Shown here in pieces: positions 13,046 through 26,872 of a stretch of DNA of 64,000 nucleotides. The stretch's first letter is position 1; every line of letters begins with the position of its first letter. Source of the DNA: Octopus sinensis (lineage: Eukaryota); NCBI RefSeq assembly GCF_006345805.1, contig NC_043001.1, forward strand, positions 124,558,001-124,622,000. Reading direction: 5' to 3'. Position numbers and translations under genes: made by a program. The notes under the pieces were generated by a model. It ran no database searches. It worked only from the letters and a program-made list of their open reading frames with translations, and was not told the DNA's origin.

Positions 13046-15689
13046 AGGAGAAAACATCGTAATTACACTATAAATTTACCAATGCATCCATTGAATGGTA
13101 CTAACTGGTGAAAACCTAGCAAGCACATTTGATCGAAAATTGCATTATTCAGCATTAATATATAGTGTGGCTTGCCTTCATTCATTCTGAGTTTCATTGG
13201 AATGCTGTCATCTCAAGTGACTACAAGTATAATGGAGCAAATCTCGGAAATCAATGGAGTTTTCTCATAATGAAGCCACGTCGTTGGAATATATGTATCT
13301 TTCTCACAACGGTTTCAAGTACATGGAGCTGAAATACAGTTTAATACTTTCGTGGCATGAAACATTATAATTGAGCTTTCATTATCGTTGTGGATGTAAT
13401 TGTTAATAATTTTCATAATTTGTCATATTTAAAAAAATATATATATTTTATTCTGTTATTTATTTTCTGTTGTTATAACATTATTTCTGTAAAGTGTATA
13501 TTATTGCTAGTCCAGTGTCTGGTTAAAATCTCTGTTGGTGTCTTTGTTGCTGTTGTTGTTTTTTGCTGCTGCTTTTGTTGTTGTTATTGCTGTTGTTGTG
13601 GTGGTCGTTGTTGTTGCCACACTGGCTGAAATATTGAATGGTCCTCATACAAATCAACATAGATTTTTATTGAATACGAGCTCACACAAACTAAGTTAAG
13701 TATACAGCAATTAAATGAAGACATCTTATTAATAAAAATCAGTGAATTGAAAACATTTACTTTATAAATTTCAGTGACTGTCTGATCATTACCGTCGCTT
13801 GTTATATTTTGTTTTCGTTTTCCGTTTATTGAGATGGTATTTAATATATGTTTATAGAAATAGTGGCAAGATGGCGTTTGAGTTTTTCATTATATATCGT
13901 GAGTTCAACTCTGTCACAGGCGCATAGTTTCGTTTTTGAACATGATATTGTTATTTATCACTACTTTGCTTCACATTAGTGATGTGATTAGGTATCACGT
14001 GTTAACTGAGAATTTACCTTCCATGTGTGCATGTGTGTAAACGCGCTGTGTATTTAAATGTATACATATATGCGTGTGTTTTGTATCTAGGTGAATTTAT
14101 ATCTAGTTTTCTACATTCCATAAAACCGGACCAGAATGCCACCTGTCCAACGATATTTAGAAGTTTCAATTGTAGCGATTTCATGCAGATGGTATTTGGT
14201 TTTGTTGTTGTTACTTATGTTATTTTCACAAATCAAATATGTTATCTCATTTATTGGTAGTTTCCTGATAATTTTTGTCTAGTTCAACCGAAACTCTTTC
14301 AGTTCAACAGAAACTCTTTAGTGAGTCAGATATGATAAGTTTTAACCAATCATTAACAAGTTGTATGTGCTGCAGATGAAAATTTGTTGTCACACTGGCT
14401 TCCAGAGTATTCAACCGATACCAAACAAACATGTCTCACTTTCTCATTTCCGATTTTTATTTCGGCAATAACCATGCTTAAATCATTATTTACCTACCTC
14501 GTTACATTTGCTCTCAACTAGCTGGACTTCGTATTTTGTTTTGACTCGATAGATTACTTTGAACCAATTTAAATACACTTATGTCTAATTCAGTTTCTTT
14601 TAACTGACAGCCTTGTATATGCTTGTAAACAAATAATTTCATTCACACACAGAAACACACATATCTGCACGCGCATGTGTGTGTATATAGAGACATATAT
14701 AAATGTAATTGTTGATCTCTGTTTTGAAACAATGTCAAACGTAACGGCATTTATTTCATATATAGTTAGAAATATGTACTTATAAGGGTAGCGAAAAGAA
14801 CGACGGAATGAAAGAAAAGTGAACTATAACTGTGAGATAAATGAAATGCCACATAATAGTTTAGAGATACGAAAATGTAAGGAATTGTAACTGTTGATCC
14901 ATTATAGCCAAACCTTTCGAAATTGAATGATTAAATTTAAGTATATTTAGGAATGCGTGTTCAGTCTATCATGTAGAAAGCAGGAATGAAATAAGATTTA
15001 TAGATGACAGGATAAAATAAAATTGCTATAGATAGGCTGGAGGTAATGTTTTAAAATATAACTAATCAACATAAATATTAGTCTTTAGTTAGTTTACCTA
15101 CTGGTTTGTCAGATACATTCTTTGGTTTCCCTACACTCAGCATTTATTTTAATCAATTCCAAAGTTATATGAATTAGCCCCAAATATATTTTGATTATAG
15201 GGGGTTATGGTGTCTTTTGTAGCGCTATTCGTCCTCTACAAATTCTATTTACAATTTTTGAAATTTGAATAGATATTACCTCTTTTCGGACATATGATGA
15301 TGGAGAAACCAATCGAAAAATAAGAACGAATTCATCTGACAATCCAAAGAAATATTTGGAAATATACCACAGTTTGCATTTTAGGTAAATGTATAGGAGT
15401 ATTCAAATGCTAACTATTTCTAAAAACAAGGATCTGCAGATTAATTACAAAGTATATATTTTAGAAAATTCCACACGGTTTTAGTTAGGAACAAGTATTT
15501 ATTGCATATTAAAAACGAATTTTTGCTTCTGCTGTCATTTAAGTTGTCAAAATTGCAATTCTTTTCACTAAATATTTTGAAGTGAAAATTTTAAAACATT
15601 TTAATATTTTCTCTTTCAGTAGCAGCTAAAATATGCAAATCTTTAATGCGCCCGACTGTAAACAGACAGACATACTGAAAACTTCATGC

Positions 15690-16060
<371 letters not shown>

Positions 16061-16540
16061 GATAGGCATAAAGAAAGAATTTTTGATTGACGGATTGACA
16101 GGTTGATTAACATAGATTAGTAAAGATAAACAGAGTATTATAGATATGAAGTAAATAATAAAACCCTGAAACGCAATACTGTTCTAACAACAAATAATAG
16201 GCAAAAACATAAAGACAGAATAATAAATAGTAATACGTATTTGCGCTTGTGTGCATGTGATGTATTACTAAAAAAAAAAATAAAAGAAGAACAAATAGAA
16301 CCTCCTTATTATATATACATACACCAACACATACATTCAACCAATGTGTTAAGTAGTCAAAACGAAAAAAGGAACGGCAACCGTCAATCAAAATATGATT
16401 CTTTTTTTGTTGTTTTGCTTTGTTTTTGCTTTATCTTTTTGGCAAAACTAGCAATATCGAAGGAGATATACTTTAATCTACTTCACCTTCTCTCTCTCTT
16501 TCTCTTTCTCTGTATATATATACATACATACATACATACA

Positions 16541-16572
<32 letters not shown>

Positions 16573-16613
16573 CACACACACATACATATATATATATATA
16601 TTATATATATATA

Positions 16614-16645
<32 letters not shown>

Positions 16646-16745
16646 TAGTGTCCATCAGTTTGTTTATCTGTCTGAATTTATGTGCGTATGCATGTATGTA
16701 TATACGTACGTACATATGTATGTATGTAGTTATGCACGTGTGTAT

Positions 16746-16858
16746 GTCATTATTTAGTTTATTTTAAGATCTCTTGCCAATAGAGAAAGAACCGGTTTCT
16801 AATCTAGATCCAAGGCTCCTTCACTGGAAATCCAATATCAACAGTAGGGTATTTTTGT
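16746..16858 (-). mobile_element. 3'UTR-only fragment of the R4/Dong-like element, embedded in (CATA)n
   Basis: Reverse complement 'ctgttgatattggatttccagtgaaggagccttggatctagattagaaaccggttctttctctattggcaag' matches 52822-52897. Confidence 0.75.
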
Positions 16859-18174
16859 ATGTATGTATGTATGTATGTATGTATGTATGTATGTATGTAT
16901 GTATGTATGTATGTATGTATGTATGCACGTTTGTACCTACGTATGTATAGTGATAGAGTGGTGCTATCCAAAAAGAACTTATCAACCGATGTACACGTTA
17001 TCGAATGTTAAAACAGCAGGAAATTTCAATAAGATTACCGGCACTATACAGCTCACGGTTTAGAAACAAAAAAAAACTGTTGATTATGCGAAGAAGAGAG
17101 TAAGAAATAGAAAAGGTAATTCAAGCCTAAATATGTTTTGAATCTAACATAATCATGTTTCATATAAGGCATTACAAATACGAATACTATTTAGCTTTTC
17201 CACAGGTCTAATAACAAGCAGATATTTTGTTTACGTCATCGTAAGGTGGAGAGAGTGAGTCACCAATTTAGTTACAATAGAATTGTTAGTACAATTAGCC
17301 AAATCAAATGACGAATGTTATTAATTTTTAGCAGACTACGTACGTGTGTGTGTGTGTGTCTATGAGTGTGTCTGAGTTTGTGTGCATATAAACATGCGTG
17401 GATATGTACGTATTCCTGTAAAGTGACAGACATACCATGCACAATCACTCTAACGCGCACATATATACATATATACATTTACATAATTACGTGCATACAC
17501 ACATTCACAGACATTATATACACGCATACACAAATACAGCCATCCATCCATCCATCCATACATGCATACATACATCCATACATACATCCATCCATCCATC
17601 CATACATACATACATACATACATCATACATACATACTACATACATACATACATACATACATACATACATGGATAGATAGATAGGCATAAAGAAAGAATTT
17701 TTGATTGACGGATTGACAGGTTGATTAACATAGATTAGTAAGATAAACAGAGTATTATAGATATGAAGTAAATAATAAAACCCTGAAACGGAATACTGTT
17801 CTAACAACAAATAATAGGCAAAAACATAAAGACAGAATAATAAATAGTAATACGTATTTGCGCTTGTGTGCATGAGATGTATTACTAAAAAACAAAAATA
17901 AAAAAAAAAACAAATAGAACCTCCTTATTATATATACATACACCACCACATACATTCAACCAATGTGTTAAGTAGTCAAAACGAAAAAAGGAACGGCAAC
18001 CGTCAATCAAAATATGATTCTTTTTTTGTTGTTTTGCTTTGTTTTTGCTTTATCTTTTTGGCAAAACTAGCAATATCGAAGGAGATATACTTTAATCTAC
18101 TTCACCTTCTCTCTCTCTTTCTCTTTCTCTGTATATATATACATACATACATACATACATACATAAATACATAC

Positions 18175-18243
<69 letters not shown>

Positions 18244-18343
18244 TGTCCATCAGTTTGTTTATCTGTCTGAATTTATGTGCGTATGCATGTATGTATATAC
18301 GTACGTACGTATGTATGTATGTATGTATTATGCACGTGTGTAT

Positions 18344-18455
18344 GTCATTATTTAGTTTATTTTAAGATCTCTTGCCAATAGAGAAAGAACCGGTTTCTAA
18401 TCTAGATCCAAGGCTCCTTCACTGGAAATTCAATATCAACAATAGGGTATTTTTG
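18344..18455 (-). mobile_element. duplicate of the R4/Dong-like 3'UTR fragment (second unit of the tandem duplication)
   Basis: Near-identical to 16746-16858. Confidence 0.75.
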
Positions 18456-18467
18456 TATGTATGTATG

Positions 18468-18501
<34 letters not shown>

Positions 18502-20088
18502 TGTATATGTATGTATGTATGTACCTACGTATGTATAGTGATAGAGTGGTGCTATCCAAAAAGAACTTATCAACCGATGTACACGTTATCGAATGTTAAA
18601 ACAGCAGGAAATTTCAATAAGATTACCGGCACTATACAGCTCACGGTTTAGAAACAAAAAAAAACTGTTGATTATGCGAAGAAGAGAGTAAGAAATAGAA
18701 AAGGTAATTCAAGCCTAAATATGTTTTGAATCTAACATAATCATGTTTCATATAAGGCATTACAAATACGAATACTATTAGCTTTTCCACAGGTCTAATA
18801 ACAAGCAGATATTTTGTTTATGTCATCGTAAGGTGGAGAGAGTGAGTGAGTCACCAATTTAGTTACCATAGAATTGTGAGTACAATTAGCCAAATCAAAT
18901 GACCAATGATATTAATTTTTAGCAGACTACGTACGTGTGTGTGTGTGTGTGTGTGTGTCTATGAGTGTGTCTGAGTTTGTGTGCATATAAACATGCGTGG
19001 ATATGTACGTATTCCTGTAAAGTGACAGACATACCGTGCACAATCACTCTAACGCGCACATAAAGACATATATACATTTACATAATTACGTGCATACACA
19101 CATTCACACACATTATGTACACGCATACACAAATACAGCCATCCATCCATCCATCCATACATGCATACATACATCCATACATACATCCATCCATCCATCC
19201 ATACATACATACATACATACATACATACATCCATCCATCCATCCATACATACATACATACATCCATACATACATACATACATACATACATCCATCCATCC
19301 ATCCATACATACATCCATACATACATCCATCCATCCATCCATCCATACATACATACATACATACATACATACATGCATACACTTAGTGAAGAATGAACTC
19401 ATGTTCCACTAAAACCAATTCCTGAAGTGCTGCCGAATCTCCGTCGCCACAGTATAGAAAAGTGGCAACCATTATACTAAGCCACCAGTGTGAAATTTTA
19501 AAATTACGTACATTCATTTTCACAGGCCTATATATTCTACAATACCCTCTAAGAGATCCATATTCTGATTACCAATGGAATAGCTTAGTTTTGGCAGTAT
19601 TAGTTGAGTCGCTCAGAAGCTGAATGATCCTCAGACTTTACGTTGGAAATTCCTACTCCTAGACACATGTGATAAGAGCATCACTCCAGGGTGATCTTGT
19701 GCCGTGCTTGTTCACAATAAGGATTATTCGTATGTCCCTGCGCAAATGCTAGTTAGTCGTTGATCTGATCTTGAGTTAATATCTTATCTTGGCAGCTATA
19801 GATTGTTGTCCTATGTTTTTGGCAACACACCTGAAGGATACCATTTAGCGGAAGAGCTGGTTTAGTCGACAACGATCCGGCCACGCTAAGTTTCACTCGA
19901 TTATATGTTACAAGTAGGACTCACGAGTGATTTGACACACACCCATACACACGCACGTGCACACACACACACACGCACACGCACACACACACACATACAC
20001 ACACTCGCACACACACACATACAGACACGCCTGCACTCACACACACACATACATATGTGTGTAAACGAATACATGCATTTATGTATAA

Positions 20089-20485
20089 CTAGCAGTATCG
20101 CCCGGCGTTGCTCGGGTTTGTAAGAGAAATAACTAAATAAGCATTTTTAGAGAGTTATAGCCAAAAGATAGCAAAAAAATGCTTTAAAAATGGGAAAAAA
20201 ATTATGGTAATTTTTTTTTTAAATCGTTGACTTATCGTAGACATTTTTAGAGACTTACTTCCCTTATATAATAGCGAAAAAATGCATTAAAATGGAAAAA
20301 AATGATGGTAATTTTTTTTTAAATCGTAGACTCTTCGTAGACGCGCGCTAATGCCCAGAAGGGCTCGATATGAATCACGACTATAAGATTCCCGGTTTTG
20401 GTTAAACTGCACCGCAAAATGTGGGAGTAGTTAGGAATCTAAATCGTAGGAGACAGACACACAACTTGATTTTTATATATAAAGA
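20089..20485 (-). mobile_element. non-autonomous Helitron (~400 bp)
   Basis: On the minus strand: A|TC 5' end (20485), subterminal hairpin cccgagcaacgccggg (20101-20116), CTAG|T 3' end (20089), no TSD. These are canonical Helitron termini. Confidence 0.8.
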
Positions 20486-20903
20486 TTTGTTGTATGTGTC
20501 CCCTTCTATTTGCTTGTGTGTGTGTATGTGTGTATGTGTGTGTGAATGTGTGGGCATGTATATGTTTGTTTGCAGAGTACATATATTTATGAATATATTT
20601 TGTGTGTGATTTCTTCCAGTTTTTTTTTTTTTGCAGGTTTGTGTTTGCTGTGTTACTCATCAATAGATGTCGCTTTGTTGAGTTTGAATAATCTCTTACG
20701 CTATCGTTGTTGCTTACCTTCAACTCTGCACTGGTAGATGAAGCTTATTCCCAAAGGTGTTCCAGTAACGAGTATCCCATTTTATGTTCTGCCACATTGC
20801 ATCTAGAACTATATTATCTAATCAGCCTCAGTTTTTATGAAACAAGAAGACATTTGATGTTGATTAAGCAGAGTATTTATAGCAGAGAGGGTGAAGTCAT
20901 AGA

Positions 20904-21545
20904 GGCTTGCTTGTTTGATTGCTTGCTTCATGGTCTTGATTGATGGGGTTGGGATCATTACAGGTTAGTGATCCCAAAGGCGTCATGATGCATAGAACCA
21001 ACAAGATTCACCTATGCTCTTCATCGCTGACGGTTCGTGCCATTCTTTGTGCATCTTCCAAAGTCAGGTTGAGGCTCAGGAGGTCTTCCCTAATCATGTC
21101 TAGCCATCTGGTGCGGGGGTCTGCCTCGAGACATCATCCAGCCCGCAGCTGTTGCGTCGGACGACAGTAAAGCCCTGGTAAGATGATCTGGCAGGAGACG
21201 GAGGACATGTCTGTACCAGCGCATGTGACGGACAGTTACGAAGTGGAAGGTTGTGGGTTCATGCATGCGCGCACGTAGTTCCTCGTTAGATGTTCTAAGG
21301 GCTGTGGTATCGAAGCCATCGATCCTTTTTGCCAGGGTCTTCGAGAGAGGACACGTTTCTCCACCACAGAGGAGAAAGGAGAGGACCAAAGTCTTGCAGA
21401 TGCGGAGCTTCGTCTTTCGGAGGATGGAGCAGTGGCGCCAAAGGGGCATATATAGGGCGTACGGTTGATCTCCGGGGGGCAGGTTTCCATTGTTGGTGAC
21501 TGTGAAGCCGAGATAGATAAAGGAGCAATCATAGAGGCTCTTACA
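20904..21545 (-). mobile_element. RTE-clade LINE, 5'-truncated 3' end
   Basis: RKTKLRICKTLVLSFLL.GGETCPL..LAKRIDGFDT..SNEELRAR..RWYRHVLRL..RGRP pattern of RTE ORF C-terminus; (CAAG/CAAT)n tail at 20904-20945. Confidence 0.85.
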
Positions 21546-21554
21546 TGAAATATT

Positions 21555-21894
21555 GTTGTTGTTGCTACTGCTGCTGTTATTGCTGCTGCTGTTGTTGTTG
21601 TTGTTGTTGCTGCTGCTGTTGTTGTTGTTAAGGTTGGTAAAGGTGATTCCACTGCGTCCGTTCTGTTGGTTGGGAGACGTCTGGCAGGTCGGGAGCGGAA
21701 GTCCACTTTTCCCCAGATGCGAAGGACAAGGAGAGGGTCACCGGCCAGAGTGTCTGGTGGGGGGAGGGTGTTGGCATTTGCAGCCGGCGATGGATCCGTG
21801 GACAGTCGTAGATGACATGCTCTGCCGTCTCCTCTCCCACTCTGCACCTTCTGCAGGTTCTGTCTATGGCTCGGTCGATCTTGTAGAGCCAGTA
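21555..21894 (-). mobile_element. non-LTR retrotransposon 3' end (I/Jockey-like CCHC finger) with (AAC/AGC)n tail
   Basis: CRRCRVGEETAEHVIYDC (C-X2-C-X8-H-X4-C) followed by a trinucleotide tail at 21555-21630. Confidence 0.65.
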
Positions 21895-22150
21895 CTCTAC
21901 AAGATCGACCAAGCTATAGACAAATTATCCGATGATTTTGTTTCTTCACAAAAACAGTAATGATTTTGTCTGCAATTTGTGGGCAGCTATACAAAACCTC
22001 CTTCTCACATTTGCCTCAATAAAGGCTTGTACGCGGGGACCGAATATAAGTGGGAGTGATATATGGTAGCAGATTTGCTGAGAGGGGAATATATATAGCT
22101 GACGGTAAGCACAGGAGTTAGAATTTCTTTTATCAGTAACACTGGTAATA

Positions 22151-22415
22151 GAGTGGTTGTCTACTGTCAGCTTAACGTGACAGTCTTGTAAGGGAATTGG
22201 ACCACCGCTGTTTAGCCCTAGGAAGCATCGACGCCTCTTGTCGGCCTTGACACATTTCCTGTGTCCTTATATATTTACGAAGGGGAGACAAATATATAAG
22301 GACAGAGGAAATGTGTCAAGGCCGACAGGAAGCGTCGATGATTCCTAGGGCTAAACAACGGTGGTGCAATTCCCTTACAGGACTGTCACGTTAAGTTGAC
22401 AGTAGACAACCACTC
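22151..22415. mobile_element. palindromic MITE/foldback element, 126-bp arms with 13-bp spacer
   Basis: 22151-22276 is the near-perfect reverse complement of 22290-22415 ('gagtggttgtctactgtc...gacagtagacaaccactc'). Confidence 0.85.
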
Positions 22416-22814
22416 ATTCGCTCCACCACCGGACATATCTCTATGAGATATTTAGAAATTTAACATTTCTGATACTGGTAATAGAGCCATCCAGTATGAA
22501 AGCTGGATGATAGGAAGAAACTGCAATGTATAAATAAATTAAATAGTAAGGTCAATGGCACAAAGTTTATATTGTCAGATATTTCTTAAAAATGATATAA
22601 AGATGCACGAGAAAAAGGAATTATGAGTTTCCTCAGCCGCATGAAGTAATGATGGAAAGCAGTTTGAGTAGCACTATAAATGACATAAAACATACTATCA
22701 GCAATAATTTCGCAAAAATATAGCATAAACAACATGAAACGTATTACAAAGTTACTCTAGCAGATTGAGAGATGTAAAAACACACTGAGAAAGAGATATC
22801 TAGCTATCCAGACA

Positions 22815-22826
22815 GGTAGGTAGATG

Positions 22827-22916
<90 letters not shown>

Positions 22917-22922
22917 TAGATG

Positions 22923-22976
<54 letters not shown>

Positions 22977-23090
22977 GAGTTAGAGAGATAGAGAGATAGA
23001 GAGATAGAGAGATAGACACATAAGTAGAGAAAAAAGTAGACAGACAGACAGATAGGTTGATAGATGGATAGATAGATAGATAAATACACA
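22815..23090. repeat. (GATA)n/(GACA)n/(GA)n microsatellite
   Basis: Directly visible. Confidence 0.95.
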
Positions 23091-24239
23091 GATAGAGAGA
23101 GATAGACTTAAAGAGGAAGAGGTAAAATAATGCATAATCATATATACGTACGCGTTTGTGTGTGTGTGTGTGTGTGTGTGCGTGTAAGTACGTTTATGCG
23201 AGTGTGTAAGGGTAGCTCATTGGATAGATACATGGACACGGACACACAAAAAGATGCCTAGCTAAAAGAGAGCCAAAAAAAAATGGAGGACGAAGATAGA
23301 GAATTAGAGAAAAAAGACATATATGTATAGCTAGGTTGGTAGTTTATGTAGATAGACAAACAAGTAGAAGATATTACTGTTTTGTTGATGTTTTCAATGA
23401 CATCAATATCTTTCCTGGAGTATTTTTGTAACATTTTTGTTACTTTAGTGCTTGCATTATCCACTCAGCATTTAATGGCCTCATTTTATATTTTTATACA
23501 TGCAAAGTATGTAAACACCATTATGTATATATAACTAAATATACATACATATAATATATATCTATCCTATATATGTACATATATATCATAATATATATAT
23601 ATATATGTACATGTACATACATACATATATGTATTATACATATATATATATATATATGGATATATATATTATATTTATACATACATATATATCCATATAT
23701 ATATACATAAACGCACATAGGGATATTTGTCTATGTATGTGGTTATATATATATATATATTATATGTAGATATTTATATATATGTATATATATATCTATG
23801 TATATCTATTTATCTATCTATCTATCTATCTATATATATATATATATGTATATGTATATGTATATATATATGTGTTGTCTGTATGTGTATGTATGTAGGT
23901 ACGTATGTATGTATATATAGATATGTGTGTGTGTAAATAGCTAAACGATCAGATACACATGCACGCATACACATAAACACATTCATTCTCTCTTTCCCTC
24001 TCCCCCCCCTCTCTCTAACTCACACACATAAACAGACGCTTTCGAGTGAGAAAACAAAGAAAGAGGGAGAGAGAAAACCGAAGTAATATGAAGGATACAG
24101 AAATTTATATATATACACATACATACATATATGCATGTATGCATGTATGTATGTATATATGCATGCCTGTATGTATGTATTTGTCTATGTATGTATATAT
24201 GTGTGTGTGTTTGTGTGTATGTATTTCACATACACGAGA

Positions 24240-25200
24240 ATGAATAGAAATACAAGAACTTAGGCACAAGAGCATCACAAAATATTTCAAACAGACCAAC
24301 AATAACGTATATAACGATTGCTGCACAAAAGCATAGCCCATAGCGATAGACAAAGAAAAAACAAAAAAAGAAAGTTTTAAAAAATGTCTTAGAAAATAAA
24401 AATACTTTTCTCACATTCAAAAGCTATAAATGCAACTTTGGAAATTCACCGCCATATAGACTAATAATTCAAGCAAAAGATGATCGTAGAATAATTAGCA
24501 AAGGAGATCTAGACTGAAATATCGATATAGTCAAATAAACTACAGCCTTAAACTTAATGAATAACACAAAGACACTTTAAGCTGTTTAACGATGGAAAAA
24601 ATTAAAAAGAAAAAATATCACTAATTCACACGATTGGACATTTTTGACTATTGCTCATCGACTGTCTTCGATTTTGTTTTGAACTGACCGCTTTGGAAGA
24701 GGATGCACAGATTGCCACACAAAAGAACTTCTGATCATAATGCACGCTAAACTGTCACTTCTCATCATTGATGTTACTTGTTCGATTAAATAGGGTGAAA
24801 ACAGTCGCAATTTTACCATATTAATCATGAAGATGTGGATGTCTCTGAGCTGGTTTGTCTTGTTTCTATTTCATAACGATAGGGTTCTCTTTTAATCCCG
24901 CCAACGTTGGGTTTATACAAGGATGTTGGTCTCAGGATCACTAGAAGTGGACATGCGATTGAATCATTCAGAAAGCGAATCATGTCAATTCTCAACGCAT
25001 TCAGTTTGAAGCTAAAAATCGAAGCAGACCAGACAAAAACAGTCACACAAAGCTTAATTGTAGATCATCTGAGCCATTCAAAACCCAAACAGAACGCCAT
25101 TACATGTTGTGCTAAGTCAAACAACCCACATAATTCCAATAGACCAATACTCACCATTATCGCCAAGAGGATATAGTGTTTAACTTCAAGTGAAATAAAT
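24240..25200 (+). pseudogene. Penelope-like element reverse transcriptase, decayed
   Basis: Readings SITKYFK, F(L)TFKSYKCNFGNSPPYRLI..AK..ISK, DVSELV, GLYKDVGL (PLE YRDDGL motif), KIEA, AKSNNP..IAKRI*CLTSSE follow the Penelope RT order. Confidence 0.75.
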
Positions 25201-26731
25201 TGAAAGATCACTGGGCTACGCAGCTATTATATATAATATCTAATATGTATATATAAGGCAAAATGCATGTATATGTAAAACTAAGAAATGTTACTAGGCG
25301 CAGTATCACTTTACAATAATGAAATTCATATTTCGTTTCCGGGATGTGATATTTTGGCAAGCATCCTTTTCTTTCTAAACGGAAGCCCGTGGGATGGATT
25401 GTACATGTAATGCTAAGATGGATCTAATTTTGTCATAGTGTCACACGCTGAGTCCGCTTGAGAGTTATATGAAGAGTGTATGTATGTGTGGAAAAAACCC
25501 ACTAATTTATACGCTAATTAAATGAGTTTGGTATTTTCCTTGATTGCGTGACTTAATCGGAAAGGTGAAACTTTGTTGACATGCTCTCTCTTACTTTCTC
25601 TCTCTCTCCCTCTTTCTCTCTCTCCCTCCCTTTCTCTTTCTTTCTTTCTCTCTCTCTGTCTATTTCTTTCCTCTTCCTCCTAAAGCTCTGCCTTCAAGCT
25701 GTAACACGTTAAAATATACACTTCCCGATATAAATAGGACGGTTCCTTGCTCCAAACTAGAAAGCTGTATGAGCGTAACACATGCTGGCAGTTCGCTCTC
25801 GACAAAATCAGTTACAGAAGTACAACTGCCGTGCACATAAACGTCATTTCACGGGAGTCACAAAAGTCATTAAATTGATTTGATCTTTCAAAGAATACTC
25901 AACATTGAATACGCCATAAAATTCAAACTTGAAACCATTATCAAGTTTTTCCTTCATCTGTTCTTCTAGAGAGCAATAACGAGCTAAAACATACTAAATG
26001 TAAGCATACGTGGTGCATGGATGTGTGCAATTGTGTAATACTTACTATGCATAAATATATATATGTGAAAGTATGGCCTAGTTTAAGGTTTTGATCCCAT
26101 GATCATGAAGTCGTGGTTTCAATTCTTGGGTCTGTTATTGTGTCATGTCCTTCAACGAGACAGATAATTTCCTGTTTCTTGAGTGTATTTGACTGTGATG
26201 GCAGAGTGTTTTTATGTGTACGTCTGAGTGCGCATGCCTATGCGTGTGTGTCGGGCGTCGAACTACTTTTGTTCCCTCACCTGTCTCTGTCTTTTGTTTT
26301 CTGTGCATTTGAACCATAAGAGTTTTGTGTACACGCGCATGTGTGTGCGTGTGTGTTTGTGTACGTGTGTGTGGAATCAAATCTCTCTCTATATATATGT
26401 GTAAATACGTTTACCTACATGCGTATATATATATATATATATGTGTGTGAGTGTGTTTGTGTATGTGTATTGTGTGTGTGTGTTTGTGTATGTGTGTGTA
26501 TGTGTGACCACGTGTGTATCGTTGGCGATTTTCTTTCTCCGTCTTCCCTTCTTTAGACTTTTTCTATATTTCTGACGAAGAGCTCCGCTCGAACCATGAA
26601 ATCTTTCTTTTCTTTCATTTTCTTTTATACCACGTGCTCGCGTTGTTTTTCTTGCTTGTTCATGTTTGGATTAACTATATATATATATACTAAAGGGTAA
26701 AATTATAATTATGAGTATAATTATAATTAGG

Positions 26732-26872
26732 GTTCAGCAAAATAATTTGCTACACCACATACCGAAATTTATATGTTATTTGGGAGATTTTCTTATGGTA
26801 AAGAAAAAGCATTTTTTTTTTGCTACTATTTCTAAATTTCGCTATGTGGTGAAGCAAATTTTTTTGCTGAAC
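26732..26872. mobile_element. small MITE with ~40-bp terminal inverted repeats
   Basis: 'gttcagcaaaataatttgctacaccacataccgaaattta' (26732-26771) vs 'taaatttcgctatgtggtgaagcaaatttttttgctgaac' (26833-26872). Confidence 0.6.

Noticed and set aside
14281-14320. 20-bp direct repeat pair, considered as CRISPR-like
   Set aside because: Only two adjacent units with no spacer; a simple slippage duplication. No CRISPR array anywhere in the window.
21553-21960. Poly-Leu ORF resembling a signal peptide
   Set aside because: It is the antisense reading of a LINE (AAC/AGC)n tail.
25600-25815. (TC)n tract, TATAAATA and TCAGTT as a core promoter
   Set aside because: TATA-to-Inr spacing is ~80 nt rather than ~30, and there is no downstream gene evidence.
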